A DNA stretch of 64,000 bases from the NCBI GenBank assembly GCA_044229975.1, contig JBGARZ010000001.1, positions 800,001-864,000 on the forward strand. Direction: 5' to 3'. Origin of the DNA: Polyangiales bacterium. GTDB taxonomy: Bacteria; Myxococcota_A; Polyangia; Polyangiales; Ga0077539. The stretch's first letter is position 1; each line of letters begins with the position of its first letter. Shown here in pieces: positions 20,077 to 29,275 of this stretch. The notes under the pieces are model-generated. The model did not search any database. It worked only from the letters and a program-made list of their open reading frames with translations, and was not told the origin of the DNA. The position numbers were made by a program, and so were the translations under genes.

Positions 20077-22077
20077 ATGAAGCCCATCCTCCCCGCGGCC
20101 CTCTTCGCACTCCTCTCGGCGTCTCTCGGTTGCAGCGACCCCGCGCCCGCGACCAACCCCGACGCCGCCGTCCGTGCCGACGCCGCGACCGACGCCGCGG
20201 TCACGCCCACCGACTCGGGCGGCCCGCGTCCCGAGTGCAACCCGTTGGGCTTCCCCGAGACCTGCCTGCTCCCTTTCCCCAGCGCCTACTACCAATCTGC
20301 CAATGGGCAGCTCGCGCTCCCCGCCGCGGCCATGCCCGTGTCCACCGGGCGCACCTCCAACGGCGGCGACCCCACCGCCATCAACCCCGCCCCCTGGAAC
20401 CGCCACGACGGCTTCTCCCCCTCCGCCGGCCTCGTCGCGTACTTCCCCGAGCGCGTCGACCCCGCCACCCTCGTCGGCCACCCCGATCTCGCACGCTCCC
20501 TCACCGCCGACGCCTCCACGGCCATCGTCGACATGGCCACCGGCCAGCGCGTCCTGCACTTCGCCGAGGTCGACGTCACCGCCCGCGAAGGCCGCCTGCA
20601 GACCGTCATCATCCGCCCCGCCGTGCGCCTCCTGCCCGGTCACCGCTACGCCGTCGCCATCACCACCGCCGCCCGCGCCGTCGGCGGCGCCGCGCTCTCC
20701 GTCCCGCCCGGCTTCAACGCCGTCCGCTCGGGCAACACCTCCGGTGATTCACGCCTCGCTCGCGTCGCGCCCCGCTACACCGAGATCTTCGCCGCCCTCG
20801 ACCGCGCCGGCATCGCCCGCGACTCGCTCGCCCTCGCGTGGGACTTCACCACGGCCTCCGAGCGCTGGCTCACCGGACCCGTCGTCACCATGCGCGACGC
20901 CGCCCTCACCATGGTCGGCGAACGCGGTCTCGGCTTCACCGTCGCGCAGGTCGAGGAGGACTTCAATGTCAACATCCTCCGCCGCATCTCCGGCACCATC
21001 CGCGTCCCATCCTTCATCGAAGGAACCGGCGACGACGCCCGCATCAGCCGCAACCCCGACGGCACTCCGCGCTTCGTGGCGGTGGTGGATGTTCCCTTCG
21101 TGGCGATGGTGCCGCGCAGCGCGATGACCCGCGGACCGCTGCCCCTCATCCAGTTCGGTCACGGCCTCCTCGGGTCGGCGGCGGGTGAGCTCGGCGGCCC
21201 GATGGACACCGGCAACTACATGCAGCGGTTCATCAACGACCAGGGCTTCGTGGTCATCGCCACCAACTGGACGGGCTTGAGCTTCGCCGACGTCACCACC
21301 GCCATCCACGCCCTCTCGGACTTCAACTACCTCCCCGCCGTCACCGAGCGCCTCCAGCAGTCGCTCGTCAACGCGATGGTGCTCTACCGCACCGGCCGCG
21401 CGCAGTTCGGTGACAACCCTGCGTTCCAGGTCGGCGGTCGCTCCGCCTTCGACCCGACGCGCGCCTACTACTACGGCATCTCCCTCGGCGGCATCATGGG
21501 AACCGCCTTCATGGGCTACTCCCCCGACTGCACCCGCGGCGCGCTCAACGTCCCCGGCGGCAACTGGTCCCTCCTGCTCCAGCGCTCGTCCAACTTCGCG
21601 CTCTACTCCCTCGCCTTCAACGACTACACCGACTCCGCCGAGCAGCAGGTGCTCTTCAATCTGGCCCAGTCGTTCTTCGATGCGAGCGACCCGGTCAACG
21701 TGGCGCCGCACCTCCTCGCCGATCGCCTTCCGGGCGTCCCCGAGAAGACCCTCCTCTTTCAGGAAGCCGTCAACGACGGCGCGGTGAACAACCTCGCCAC
21801 CGAGATGGTTCTCCGCAGCGCCAACGTCCCGCTGCTCATCCCCACTCCGCGCATGCCCTACGGGTTTACCACCACCATGGGCCCCGCTCCGTCGGCGCTC
21901 ACCATCTGGGACGAACACCCCACCAACCCGCCCGCCGGCACCAACCAGCCCGCCTCCGACAACCCCACCCACGGAACGCTCCGCCGACTGCCCGCGGTCA
22001 TCCGCCAGACGGCCGCCTTCCTCACCCCGACGGGCGTGGTCACCAACACCTGCGACGGCGCCTGCGACCCCGAGTGA
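20077..22077 (+). CDS. Lipoprotein alpha/beta hydrolase (extracellular lipase-like)
   Basis: MKPILPAALFALLSASLGC lipobox; DGFSP, FGHGLLG, nucleophile motif YYGISLGG, late D and H candidates. Confidence 0.82.
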   Translation: MKPILPAALFALLSASLGCSDPAPATNPDAAVRADAATDAAVTPTDSGGPRPECNPLGFPETCLLPFPSAYYQSANGQLALPAAAMPVSTGRTSNGGDPTAINPAPWNRHDGFSPSAGLVAYFPERVDPATLVGHPDLARSLTADASTAIVDMATGQRVLHFAEVDVTAREGRLQTVIIRPAVRLLPGHRYAVAITTAARAVGGAALSVPPGFNAVRSGNTSGDSRLARVAPRYTEIFAALDRAGIARDSLALAWDFTTASERWLTGPVVTMRDAALTMVGERGLGFTVAQVEEDFNVNILRRISGTIRVPSFIEGTGDDARISRNPDGTPRFVAVVDVPFVAMVPRSAMTRGPLPLIQFGHGLLGSAAGELGGPMDTGNYMQRFINDQGFVVIATNWTGLSFADVTTAIHALSDFNYLPAVTERLQQSLVNAMVLYRTGRAQFGDNPAFQVGGRSAFDPTRAYYYGISLGGIMGTAFMGYSPDCTRGALNVPGGNWSLLLQRSSNFALYSLAFNDYTDSAEQQVLFNLAQSFFDASDPVNVAPHLLADRLPGVPEKTLLFQEAVNDGAVNNLATEMVLRSANVPLLIPTPRMPYGFTTTMGPAPSALTIWDEHPTNPPAGTNQPASDNPTHGTLRRLPAVIRQTAAFLTPTGVVTNTCDGACDPE

Positions 22078-23438
22078 GCACCATGCAAGCGCCCCTCTGC
22101 CCGGGCCACCTGCCCCTCGTCGGCAACCTCTACTCCATGCGCACCGCGCCCCTCGCCACGCTCACCCGGGCGCTGCGCGAAAACGGCGACATCTCGCGCG
22201 TGGAGTTTCCCAACAACAACCACGGACACTTCCTCTTCCACCCCGACCACGTGCGCGCGGTCCTCGTCGACCACGCGAAGCAGGTGAGCAAGGACACCCC
22301 GGGCTTCTCTGCGCTTCGGTTGGTTCTCGGCAATGGGCTCGTCACCAGTGACGGGGCGTTCTGGCTACGGCAGCGGCGCATCGCGCAGCCGGCGTTTCAC
22401 CGCGCGAAGATCTTCGCCCTCGGGGCGCGCATGGTGGAGTTCACGAAGCACACCGCCGACGAATGGGCCGTCGCCGTGCAGTCGGGCGAGCGGGTCGACG
22501 TGGCCGCCGCGATGATGAAGCTCACGCTGCGCGTGGTGGCCGACACCATGTTGGGCCAGGACGTCGAGAAGGACGCGGCGGGCGTCGGGGTCGCCATCAC
22601 GTATCTGTTGCACGCGCTCAACGAGCGCATCGTTCGGCCGTGGCTGCCGCCGCTGACGTGGCCGACGCCGCGCAACCGTCGCTTCATGGCGGCGCGCGAC
22701 TCGGTGGCGAAGGTCATCGAGGCGGCCATCGTGCAGAAGCGCGCCAACCCCGACGCGCCGGGCGGAGAGTTTCTGCGGATGCTCATCGACGCGCGCGACG
22801 AAGAGACCGGCGAGGCGATGAACGACCAGCAGCTCCTCGACGAGGTGGCGACGATCTTCGCGGCGGGCCACGAGACGACCGCCAACCTGCTCGCGTGGAC
22901 ATGGTCGTGGCTGTCGCGAATGCCGCACGTCCGGCGGCGCATGGTGGAGGAGCTCGACGCCGTGCTGGGTGATCGCGACGCGACGGCCGACGACTACGCG
23001 AAGCTGCCGTACACGCGCGCCGTGCTGGCCGAGTCGCTGCGGCTGACCCCGGTGGTGTGGATCGCCTCGCGGCGTGTGCTGGAGGACATCCCGCTGGGCG
23101 AGTACACGCTGCCAAAGGGGTCACTGGCGTTTCTGTCGCCGTATGCGACGCACCGGCATCCGGCGTTCTGGGAAAACCCCGAGGGCTTTGATCCGGAGCG
23201 CTTCATGGACGGCGCGGAGAAGGGGCGTCCGACGCTGGCGTACTTCCCCTTCGGCGCGGGGCCGCGGAAGTGCATCGGGGATACGTTCGCGCTGATGGAG
23301 GCCACGCTGGTGATGGCGACGCTGGCGCGGCGCTTCGAGCTCGAACTCCCACCGGGCATGGTGCCCGTGCCCGAGCCGGTCATCACGATGCGCCCGAAGG
23401 GCGGACTGTCGATGCGGGTGCGCGAACGGCGGGGGTGA
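22074..23438 (+). CDS. Cytochrome P450
   Basis: AGHETT I-helix, ESLR (ExxR), FDPERF, heme motif FPFGAGPRKCIG. GTGA overlap with the hydrolase stop. Confidence 0.97.
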   Translation: MSTMQAPLCPGHLPLVGNLYSMRTAPLATLTRALRENGDISRVEFPNNNHGHFLFHPDHVRAVLVDHAKQVSKDTPGFSALRLVLGNGLVTSDGAFWLRQRRIAQPAFHRAKIFALGARMVEFTKHTADEWAVAVQSGERVDVAAAMMKLTLRVVADTMLGQDVEKDAAGVGVAITYLLHALNERIVRPWLPPLTWPTPRNRRFMAARDSVAKVIEAAIVQKRANPDAPGGEFLRMLIDARDEETGEAMNDQQLLDEVATIFAAGHETTANLLAWTWSWLSRMPHVRRRMVEELDAVLGDRDATADDYAKLPYTRAVLAESLRLTPVVWIASRRVLEDIPLGEYTLPKGSLAFLSPYATHRHPAFWENPEGFDPERFMDGAEKGRPTLAYFPFGAGPRKCIGDTFALMEATLVMATLARRFELELPPGMVPVPEPVITMRPKGGLSMRVRERRG

Positions 23439-23532
23439 GGGGTCGGCCAACTGCGCAGGGTCGGCAGGGCACGCAACGATCTGGTGTGCAGTCGCCGGGC
23501 CCACGCCGCGGCGTCAGCGCGGCGCGCAACGG

Positions 23533-23883
23533 TCAGGTGTGCAGCGCGGCGAGCGCCACCGCGACCCGCTCGATGAGCTCGTACGGGATGGGCTTCGCGT
23601 AGACGAAGTTCAGGGAGTCCTTCGCCGCGCGGTAGGGCGCGATCTCCGCTTCGAGCGCGTCGTCGAGCTTCCCCACCGGGTACACGCCGAGGTGCTTCTT
23701 CCACGCCGCGAAGTGGATCGCGTACCGCCCGCCGAGCATCACCGCGGGCATCCCGTAGCGCACCCGCTCCTCGCCTCCTGGGACGGCGCGGAGCAGGGCC
23801 GCGCGCACCTGTTCGAGCATCACCCGGACGTCGTCGGTGAATGATGCGATGTACGCGTCAACGGTCTCGATCTTCGCTGCCAT
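23533..23883 (-). CDS. DUF1801 / YdhG-like protein
   Basis: TVDAYIASF...EERVRYGMPA...FAAWKKHLGVYP...KPIPYELIERV. Confidence 0.88.
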   Translation of the reverse strand: MAAKIETVDAYIASFTDDVRVMLEQVRAALLRAVPGGEERVRYGMPAVMLGGRYAIHFAAWKKHLGVYPVGKLDDALEAEIAPYRAAKDSLNFVYAKPIPYELIERVAVALAALHT

Positions 23884-24003
23884 CGGGCGAGCGGTAGTCG
23901 AACGCAGCGAGCGCGTCGAGATCCTGCGAGAGATCGGCGGGCGGGGGCTGCAAGCCGGACCGTTGCGCGCCGCGCTGACGCCGCGGCGTGGGCCCCGGCG
24001 CCC

Positions 24004-24468
24004 CTACGCCCCGCGCTTCGCCCGCGTCTCCGCCCGTCGGATCACGCCCAGCATCCGGTCGGTCTCCGCCCGCATGCGCTTGTCGTCGGCGTCGGTCTGG
24101 TGGTCCCACCCGAGGAGGTGCAGCAGCCCGTGCGCGAGCAGCATCATCACCTCGTCGCGCGTCGCCACGCCGCGCTCCTTCGCCTGCCGCGTCGCCGTCT
24201 CCAGCGAGATGATCACGTCCCCCAGCAGATCACCCGCCAGGTGGCCGTCGTCGCCCTCGCGCATCGCAAACGCGAGGACGTCGGTGGGCTTGTTCTTCTT
24301 GCGGTAGTCGCGGTTGAGCGCGTGGATCGTCGCGTCGTCGCACAGCAGCACCGACAGCTCCGCCTTCGGCAGCTTCAGCGCCCGCAGCATCGCCTCGGAC
24401 GCCGCCCGCACCTCCGCGCTCGACACCACCCGCGACCTCGTCTCCGCCCGGGACACCTCGACGCGCAT
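24004..24468 (-). CDS. ybeY: rRNA maturation RNase YbeY
   Basis: LNRDYRKKNKPTDVLAF, LGDVIIS and the HGLLHLLGWDH zinc motif; GGAGG SD upstream. Confidence 0.95.
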   Translation of the reverse strand: MRVEVSRAETRSRVVSSAEVRAASEAMLRALKLPKAELSVLLCDDATIHALNRDYRKKNKPTDVLAFAMREGDDGHLAGDLLGDVIISLETATRQAKERGVATRDEVMMLLAHGLLHLLGWDHQTDADDKRMRAETDRMLGVIRRAETRAKRGA

Positions 24469-24481
24469 CACCGACCTCCGC

Positions 24482-25591
24482 TCATCGCCGCAACGCCACC
24501 GCGGCCAGCACCCCGAGCACCCCGAGCACCGCGAGGCCCATCGCGATGAAGCGCCCCGGGCCCGCCGACCTGGGCGCCGCCACCGCCGCCAGCGGCGCCG
24601 TCACGGCCGCCGAAGCCGGCGCCGCCACCGACCCGCGCGTCACCAACGGAACCGGCGCCTCCGCGACCACCACCGGCTGCAGCCCGCGCTCCAGCGCCGC
24701 GAGAAACTCGCCCGCGTTGGCGAAGCGGTCGTCGGGGCGCAGGCTGAGCGCGCGGTCGATGAGGTCTTCCCACGCGCCCACGTCGACGCCCAGGCGGCCG
24801 GGGGTCGGGCGGTTGGAGCTCAGCGCCTCGCTGTACAGCGCGATCATGTCGGCCGACGAATACGCCGCGCGGTCGGTGAGCACCTCGGTGAGCAACAACC
24901 CGAGCGCGTGCACGTCCGTCCACGGTCCGGTGCGCGCGCCGCTGAGCTGCTCGGGGGCCGCGTAGCGCGGCGAGAACGTCAGGTTGAGCGACGTCGACCG
25001 GCTGGCGCCGCTGCCCGCGACCTCGTCGGGCTGCATGGCCTTCGCGATGCCGAAGTCGAGCAGGCGCATGCGACCCGTCGCGCGCTCGATGATGAAGTTG
25101 GCGGGCTTCAGGTCGCGGTGCGCGATGCCCAGCGCGTGGGCCGCCTGCACCGCCTCGAAGAGCGGGCGCAGCAGCGCGAGCGTCTCGGCCGGGGGACGGC
25201 CGCCCTGCGCGCGGCGGCGGTTGAGCACCTCCTCCAGGGTCTCGCCGTCGATCCATTCGAGCGCGATGAAGGCCACGCCTACGCCGCGCGGGAGCTTCGT
25301 GGTGCCGAAGTCCGCGACCTGCACCACCACCGGGTGCCGGATGGTCGCGATGATCTTCGCCTCCTGGGTGAAGCGCTCGAAGAAGTGTTGCAGCTCGGTC
25401 GAGGCGTTGAGCCCCTCCGGGGCCCGCAGGAGCTTGAGCGCCAGGTCGGCCCCCGAGCGCGCGTCGCGGGCCTTGTAGACCACCCCGAAGCCCCCCTCGG
25501 CGACGAAGCGCTCCAGGGTGTAGTGGCCTTCGAGGGTGACCCCCTCCAGGGAGAGGAGGTCCTTCTTCTGGGCTCTCGGTTGGGCGACCAT
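24482..25591 (-). CDS. Serine/threonine protein kinase with C-terminal TM
   Basis: AEGGFGVVY, ALKLL, HRDLKPANF, DFGIAK, YAAPEQ, DVHALG; hydrophobic C-terminus. Confidence 0.95.
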   Translation of the reverse strand: MVAQPRAQKKDLLSLEGVTLEGHYTLERFVAEGGFGVVYKARDARSGADLALKLLRAPEGLNASTELQHFFERFTQEAKIIATIRHPVVVQVADFGTTKLPRGVGVAFIALEWIDGETLEEVLNRRRAQGGRPPAETLALLRPLFEAVQAAHALGIAHRDLKPANFIIERATGRMRLLDFGIAKAMQPDEVAGSGASRSTSLNLTFSPRYAAPEQLSGARTGPWTDVHALGLLLTEVLTDRAAYSSADMIALYSEALSSNRPTPGRLGVDVGAWEDLIDRALSLRPDDRFANAGEFLAALERGLQPVVVAEAPVPLVTRGSVAAPASAAVTAPLAAVAAPRSAGPGRFIAMGLAVLGVLGVLAAVALRR

Positions 25592-25602
25592 TGGCGGCGG
25601 CG

Positions 25603-25611
25603 ACGCTATCA
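25603..25611 (-). promoter_or_regulatory. Extended -10-like motif TGATAGCGT, 11 nt upstream of ATG25591
   Basis: The minus strand reads GTGATAGCGTCGCCGCCGCCA-ATG. Confidence 0.5.
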
Positions 25612-25691
25612 CGCGCTTGCTTGAGCGGGACCAATCCTGCGATCGTCCCGGCCATCCTCACCCCTCTCCCTGACGATTCCATGGAGCGACG

Positions 25692-27566
25692 ATGAAGCTC
25701 GAAGCCTTGTTTGCGCATTTCAAGCTGAACGGCTCCGACATCCAGGCCGACGTGCTGCGTGTGCGGATCGTCGAGGGGCTGTCGGAGCTGTTCGAGGTCG
25801 ACGCGGTGCTCACCCTCCCGGTCGCGGACCTCTCCGGCATGGAGCCCGGCGCCGCCTGCACCGTCGTCGTCTCGCGCGGCATCGACGACTCCAACGTGCG
25901 CTCGATCCACGGGATCATCCAGAGTGTCGAGCAGCTCGACGAGGGCGACGGCCGCTCCCTCGACCGACCGCTCGTGCACGTGCGCGTCGTCCCGCGCCTG
26001 TGGCGCACCTCGCTCGTGCGGCAGACCCGCCTGTTCGAGAAGCTGACGATCGACGAGGTGATCAAGAAGGTGCTGCTCGAGGACGGCCTGGAGGCCTTCG
26101 ACGGCCGCGCCGACCCGTCCACCCAGCACGAACTGCTGGTGCAGTACGACGAGAGCGACCTCGACTTCGTGTCGCGCCTGTTGGAGGACGCCGGCGTCAC
26201 CCACTTCTTTGACCAGTCGGGCGCCAGGGAGAAGTGGAAGCTCGTCGACGCCAACGCCGACAAGACGTCCCTCGGCCAGCCCCGCCCGCTCACCTGGACC
26301 GTCCGGCAGGATGGTCAGTCCGACGACGAGGGGGTCGTGCGAGCGGGCCGCCGCGACGGCATGGGTTCGACCCAGGCCAAGACCACCGACACCGACCGCC
26401 GCGTGGCGCGGGAGCCGATGCACAGCCAGGCGAAGGCGAAGGGGACGGTGTTCGCGCGCGAGTGGCGCGAGCCGTGGCGCCTCGGCGTGAAGAAGCACAG
26501 CGACCTCGCGAAGCAGCTCCTCGACGAGGGCGGCCCCGAGCGCAGCTCGTACTGGATGGAGACCAGCGACATCCAGCTCCGGGCGGGCGAGCTGGTGGAC
26601 GCCGAGCTGTCGCAGGGTGACGCGGTGGCGGGCACCGTCACCAAGCTGTTGATCGTGCGCGTCGAGCACGAGGTCGAGATGGCCGAGGACTTCCTCGTCT
26701 ACCGCAACCGCGCCGAGGCCGTGACGCTGGACAAGCCGTTTCGCCCGGCGCGGGTCACGCCGCGGCCGACCATCCTCGCGCCGCAGACCGGCATCGTGAA
26801 GCGCTTCCTCGACAGCCAGGGCCTGGAGGTCGAGGTGCTCATGGACTGGAACGAACAGACGCTGGCGATTCCCGTGCGGGTGCCGCAGCCCATCGCCCAC
26901 AAGAACCACGGCGCCGTGATGCTGCCGCACATCGGCACCGAGGTGCTGGTGCACTTCATCGACGGCGTCCCCGAGCGCCCGGTGCTGCTCGGGGCGCTCT
27001 ACAACATGGATCACCCCACCCCGGTCGACCCGAAGGCCAAGCCGTACACCACGCACCTCGCGATGCTGGGCGCCCGCGGCACCACCAACACCATCGACGT
27101 CGACGACAACACGAAGGACGCGGAGAAGACCACCATGGTGGTCATCAACGACGTGGACGTGACCGTCGGCCGCCACGAGCTGTGGACGGTGAAGGGCAAC
27201 GTCACCGAAGACCTGCAGAAGGACGTGAAGGTCGACGTCGGCGGCAAGCGCACCAGCGCGGTGGTGGGCGACGAGCAGTACAAGACCGACGGCGCCGTCA
27301 CCATCACGGTGGCGAAGACCGGGCGTGTTCAGGTCAACCAGTCGCTCCAGATGACGGCTGACACCAAGCTGTCGCTCATCAGCGGCAACACCCGCGCGGA
27401 CTTCTCGCCGAGCGCCGCGAAGATCACCGTCGGCGGCTCGGTGATCGAGATGACCGCGAGCGCCATCAAGATCACCTCCGGGCAGAGCACCATCGAGGTC
27501 GGCCCGACCATCAAGATCACCTCGCCGCTGGTCTCCATCAACAACGGCTCGCTCGACGTCGTCTGA
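25692..27566 (+). CDS. vgrG: Type VI secretion spike protein VgrG (orphan)
   Basis: EGLSELFEV, VQYDESDLDFVSRLLEDAG, gp5 OB-fold PHIGTEVLVHFIDGVPERPVLLGALYN, and a C-terminal beta-helix ending ITSPLVSINNGSLDVV. Confidence 0.9.
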   Translation: MKLEALFAHFKLNGSDIQADVLRVRIVEGLSELFEVDAVLTLPVADLSGMEPGAACTVVVSRGIDDSNVRSIHGIIQSVEQLDEGDGRSLDRPLVHVRVVPRLWRTSLVRQTRLFEKLTIDEVIKKVLLEDGLEAFDGRADPSTQHELLVQYDESDLDFVSRLLEDAGVTHFFDQSGAREKWKLVDANADKTSLGQPRPLTWTVRQDGQSDDEGVVRAGRRDGMGSTQAKTTDTDRRVAREPMHSQAKAKGTVFAREWREPWRLGVKKHSDLAKQLLDEGGPERSSYWMETSDIQLRAGELVDAELSQGDAVAGTVTKLLIVRVEHEVEMAEDFLVYRNRAEAVTLDKPFRPARVTPRPTILAPQTGIVKRFLDSQGLEVEVLMDWNEQTLAIPVRVPQPIAHKNHGAVMLPHIGTEVLVHFIDGVPERPVLLGALYNMDHPTPVDPKAKPYTTHLAMLGARGTTNTIDVDDNTKDAEKTTMVVINDVDVTVGRHELWTVKGNVTEDLQKDVKVDVGGKRTSAVVGDEQYKTDGAVTITVAKTGRVQVNQSLQMTADTKLSLISGNTRADFSPSAAKITVGGSVIEMTASAIKITSGQSTIEVGPTIKITSPLVSINNGSLDVV

Positions 27567-27582
27567 GCGCCGACGTCGGCGG

Positions 27583-29220
27583 TCAGTGCCGCAGGAGCAG
27601 CGCCGCCACCACCGCGATCGCCACCACCACGGCGCCGATGAGGGCCGCCATGGGCAGCGGGCGCACGGCCTCGGGCTCGGGCTCCGGGGCCTTGAGGGCG
27701 GACACCGGGCCCGTCGCATCGGCCGGGGTCGCGGCCTTCGCCGGGGCCGCGGCGGGGGTCTCCGGTCGACGGGGCGCCTGGAGGTTCATCGCCCCGGCGG
27801 GGGCGTCATCGCGGCGCTTCGTGGCGGCCATCTGCGCGCGGAAGCGGGCGGCCACGGCGTCGAGCTCGGGCGGCAGTCCGCGCTCGACGGTGGAGAGCAT
27901 GTCGTCGAGGGCCTGCATGCGCGCCGCGTGGTTGGGGAAGGCCACGATGGTGCGCTCGACGTTGTGGTCTTCGAAGTCGTCGACCGGCTTCTTGGGTTTC
28001 GGCGCCGCGGCCTTGCGGGTGTTGATCAGCGGGTCGCCCGGACCCGCGGCCGTGGGGGCGAGGACGGGCGCCTCGGTGAGCGCCACGGTGCGCTCGCCAA
28101 ACTCGATGGGCGGATCGGTGGTGACGACCCGCGGCGGCGCGACGGGCAGGTTGGCGCCCGGCGGAGGGACCGTTCCGAGCGAGGGCATCGCGAGCGCCGC
28201 GCTGGGCGTGGCGTTGGCGAGCGAGGGCATCGCGCCGAGAAACCCGCCGGGCGGAATGGACGACCGCGGCTCGTAGCGCGGCGCCTCGGCGGCGAGTGGG
28301 GGCACGACCCACGGGGCCGCGACGGGGACAGCGGCCACCGCGGCGATGGCAGGGACGGGCGGCGCTTCGGGCTCGGCGGGCACCTCCGGCTCGGCGGCGG
28401 GCTCGGCCTCGGGCGGCGGCGCCGTCCACGCGGGCGCAAGGAGGTCGGCGAAGGCCTGCACCGACGGGCGCTCGGTGACGGGGATGCGCGTCGCGAGCAG
28501 CACGACGTCCCACACCCCATCGACCACGTCGGAGCGACCGACGTAGCGCGCGTTGGGCTGGGCCGGCCCGGTGCTCGGGGCGCGCAGGAGTTCGAGGGTG
28601 AGCAGGCCGAGCGCGAAGACGTCGGTGCGGGGTGTGAGGGCCTCGCCCGCGAACTGCTCGGGCGTGAGGCAGCGGGCCGCGACGGCGCTCTCCTTGGGAG
28701 CGTCGGGGTCGGCGCCGAGTTCGCGCAGACCGGTGTCGAGGAGCACCGCCTGGTCGACGTCGAAGTCGTCGGAGATCATCACGGCGCGCGGGCGGATGGT
28801 GCCGTGCACGAGGGCTTCGGGCTCCTCGTGACCGGCCTGGACGACCTCGGCGAGCTTCGTGACGAGCGCGGCGATCTTGTCGAGAGGAATGTCGATCTCG
28901 CCGGCGCGGTAGCGGTCGAGGAGCGTGGCGAGGGAGCCCGTCAGGGGGAGGTCCTGCACCAGGAAGGGGCGGCCTTCGTAGACACCGTGGTCGGTCACCG
29001 CGAGTGAACCCGGATGGCGAAACATCCGGATCTCCTGGAGGCGCGACATGGTGGCGGCGAGCGCGTCGCCCTCGCGGACGTCGAGCACCTTCACGAGGAC
29101 GCGGCGGCCTTCGAGGCGCGCGTCGACGCCCTCCCAGGTCTCACCAAGGCCGCGGTCGGCGATGGGGGCGATGAGGTGGTATCGCTGGAGGAGAACGGCG
29201 TCCGCGGCGAGGGCTGGCAT
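27583..29220 (-). CDS. Ser/Thr pseudokinase with Pro/Ala-rich linker and C-terminal TM
   Basis: Kinase fold (RYHLIAPIADRGLGETW, VLVKV, PEQ, TDVFALG), but HRDxKPxN is HGTIRPRA and DFG is DTG. Confidence 0.82.
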   Translation of the reverse strand: MPALAADAVLLQRYHLIAPIADRGLGETWEGVDARLEGRRVLVKVLDVREGDALAATMSRLQEIRMFRHPGSLAVTDHGVYEGRPFLVQDLPLTGSLATLLDRYRAGEIDIPLDKIAALVTKLAEVVQAGHEEPEALVHGTIRPRAVMISDDFDVDQAVLLDTGLRELGADPDAPKESAVAARCLTPEQFAGEALTPRTDVFALGLLTLELLRAPSTGPAQPNARYVGRSDVVDGVWDVVLLATRIPVTERPSVQAFADLLAPAWTAPPPEAEPAAEPEVPAEPEAPPVPAIAAVAAVPVAAPWVVPPLAAEAPRYEPRSSIPPGGFLGAMPSLANATPSAALAMPSLGTVPPPGANLPVAPPRVVTTDPPIEFGERTVALTEAPVLAPTAAGPGDPLINTRKAAAPKPKKPVDDFEDHNVERTIVAFPNHAARMQALDDMLSTVERGLPPELDAVAARFRAQMAATKRRDDAPAGAMNLQAPRRPETPAAAPAKAATPADATGPVSALKAPEPEPEAVRPLPMAALIGAVVVAIAVVAALLLRH

Positions 29221-29275
29221 GTGATCGGGGCGGGAGGATCGCACAGCGACCGCCGCCTCGTCAGCGGTGTCGTTG

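Noticed and set aside
24468..27719. 1083-aa minus-strand ORF
   Set aside because: Antisense to vgrG and off-frame over the kinase; no recognisable domain.
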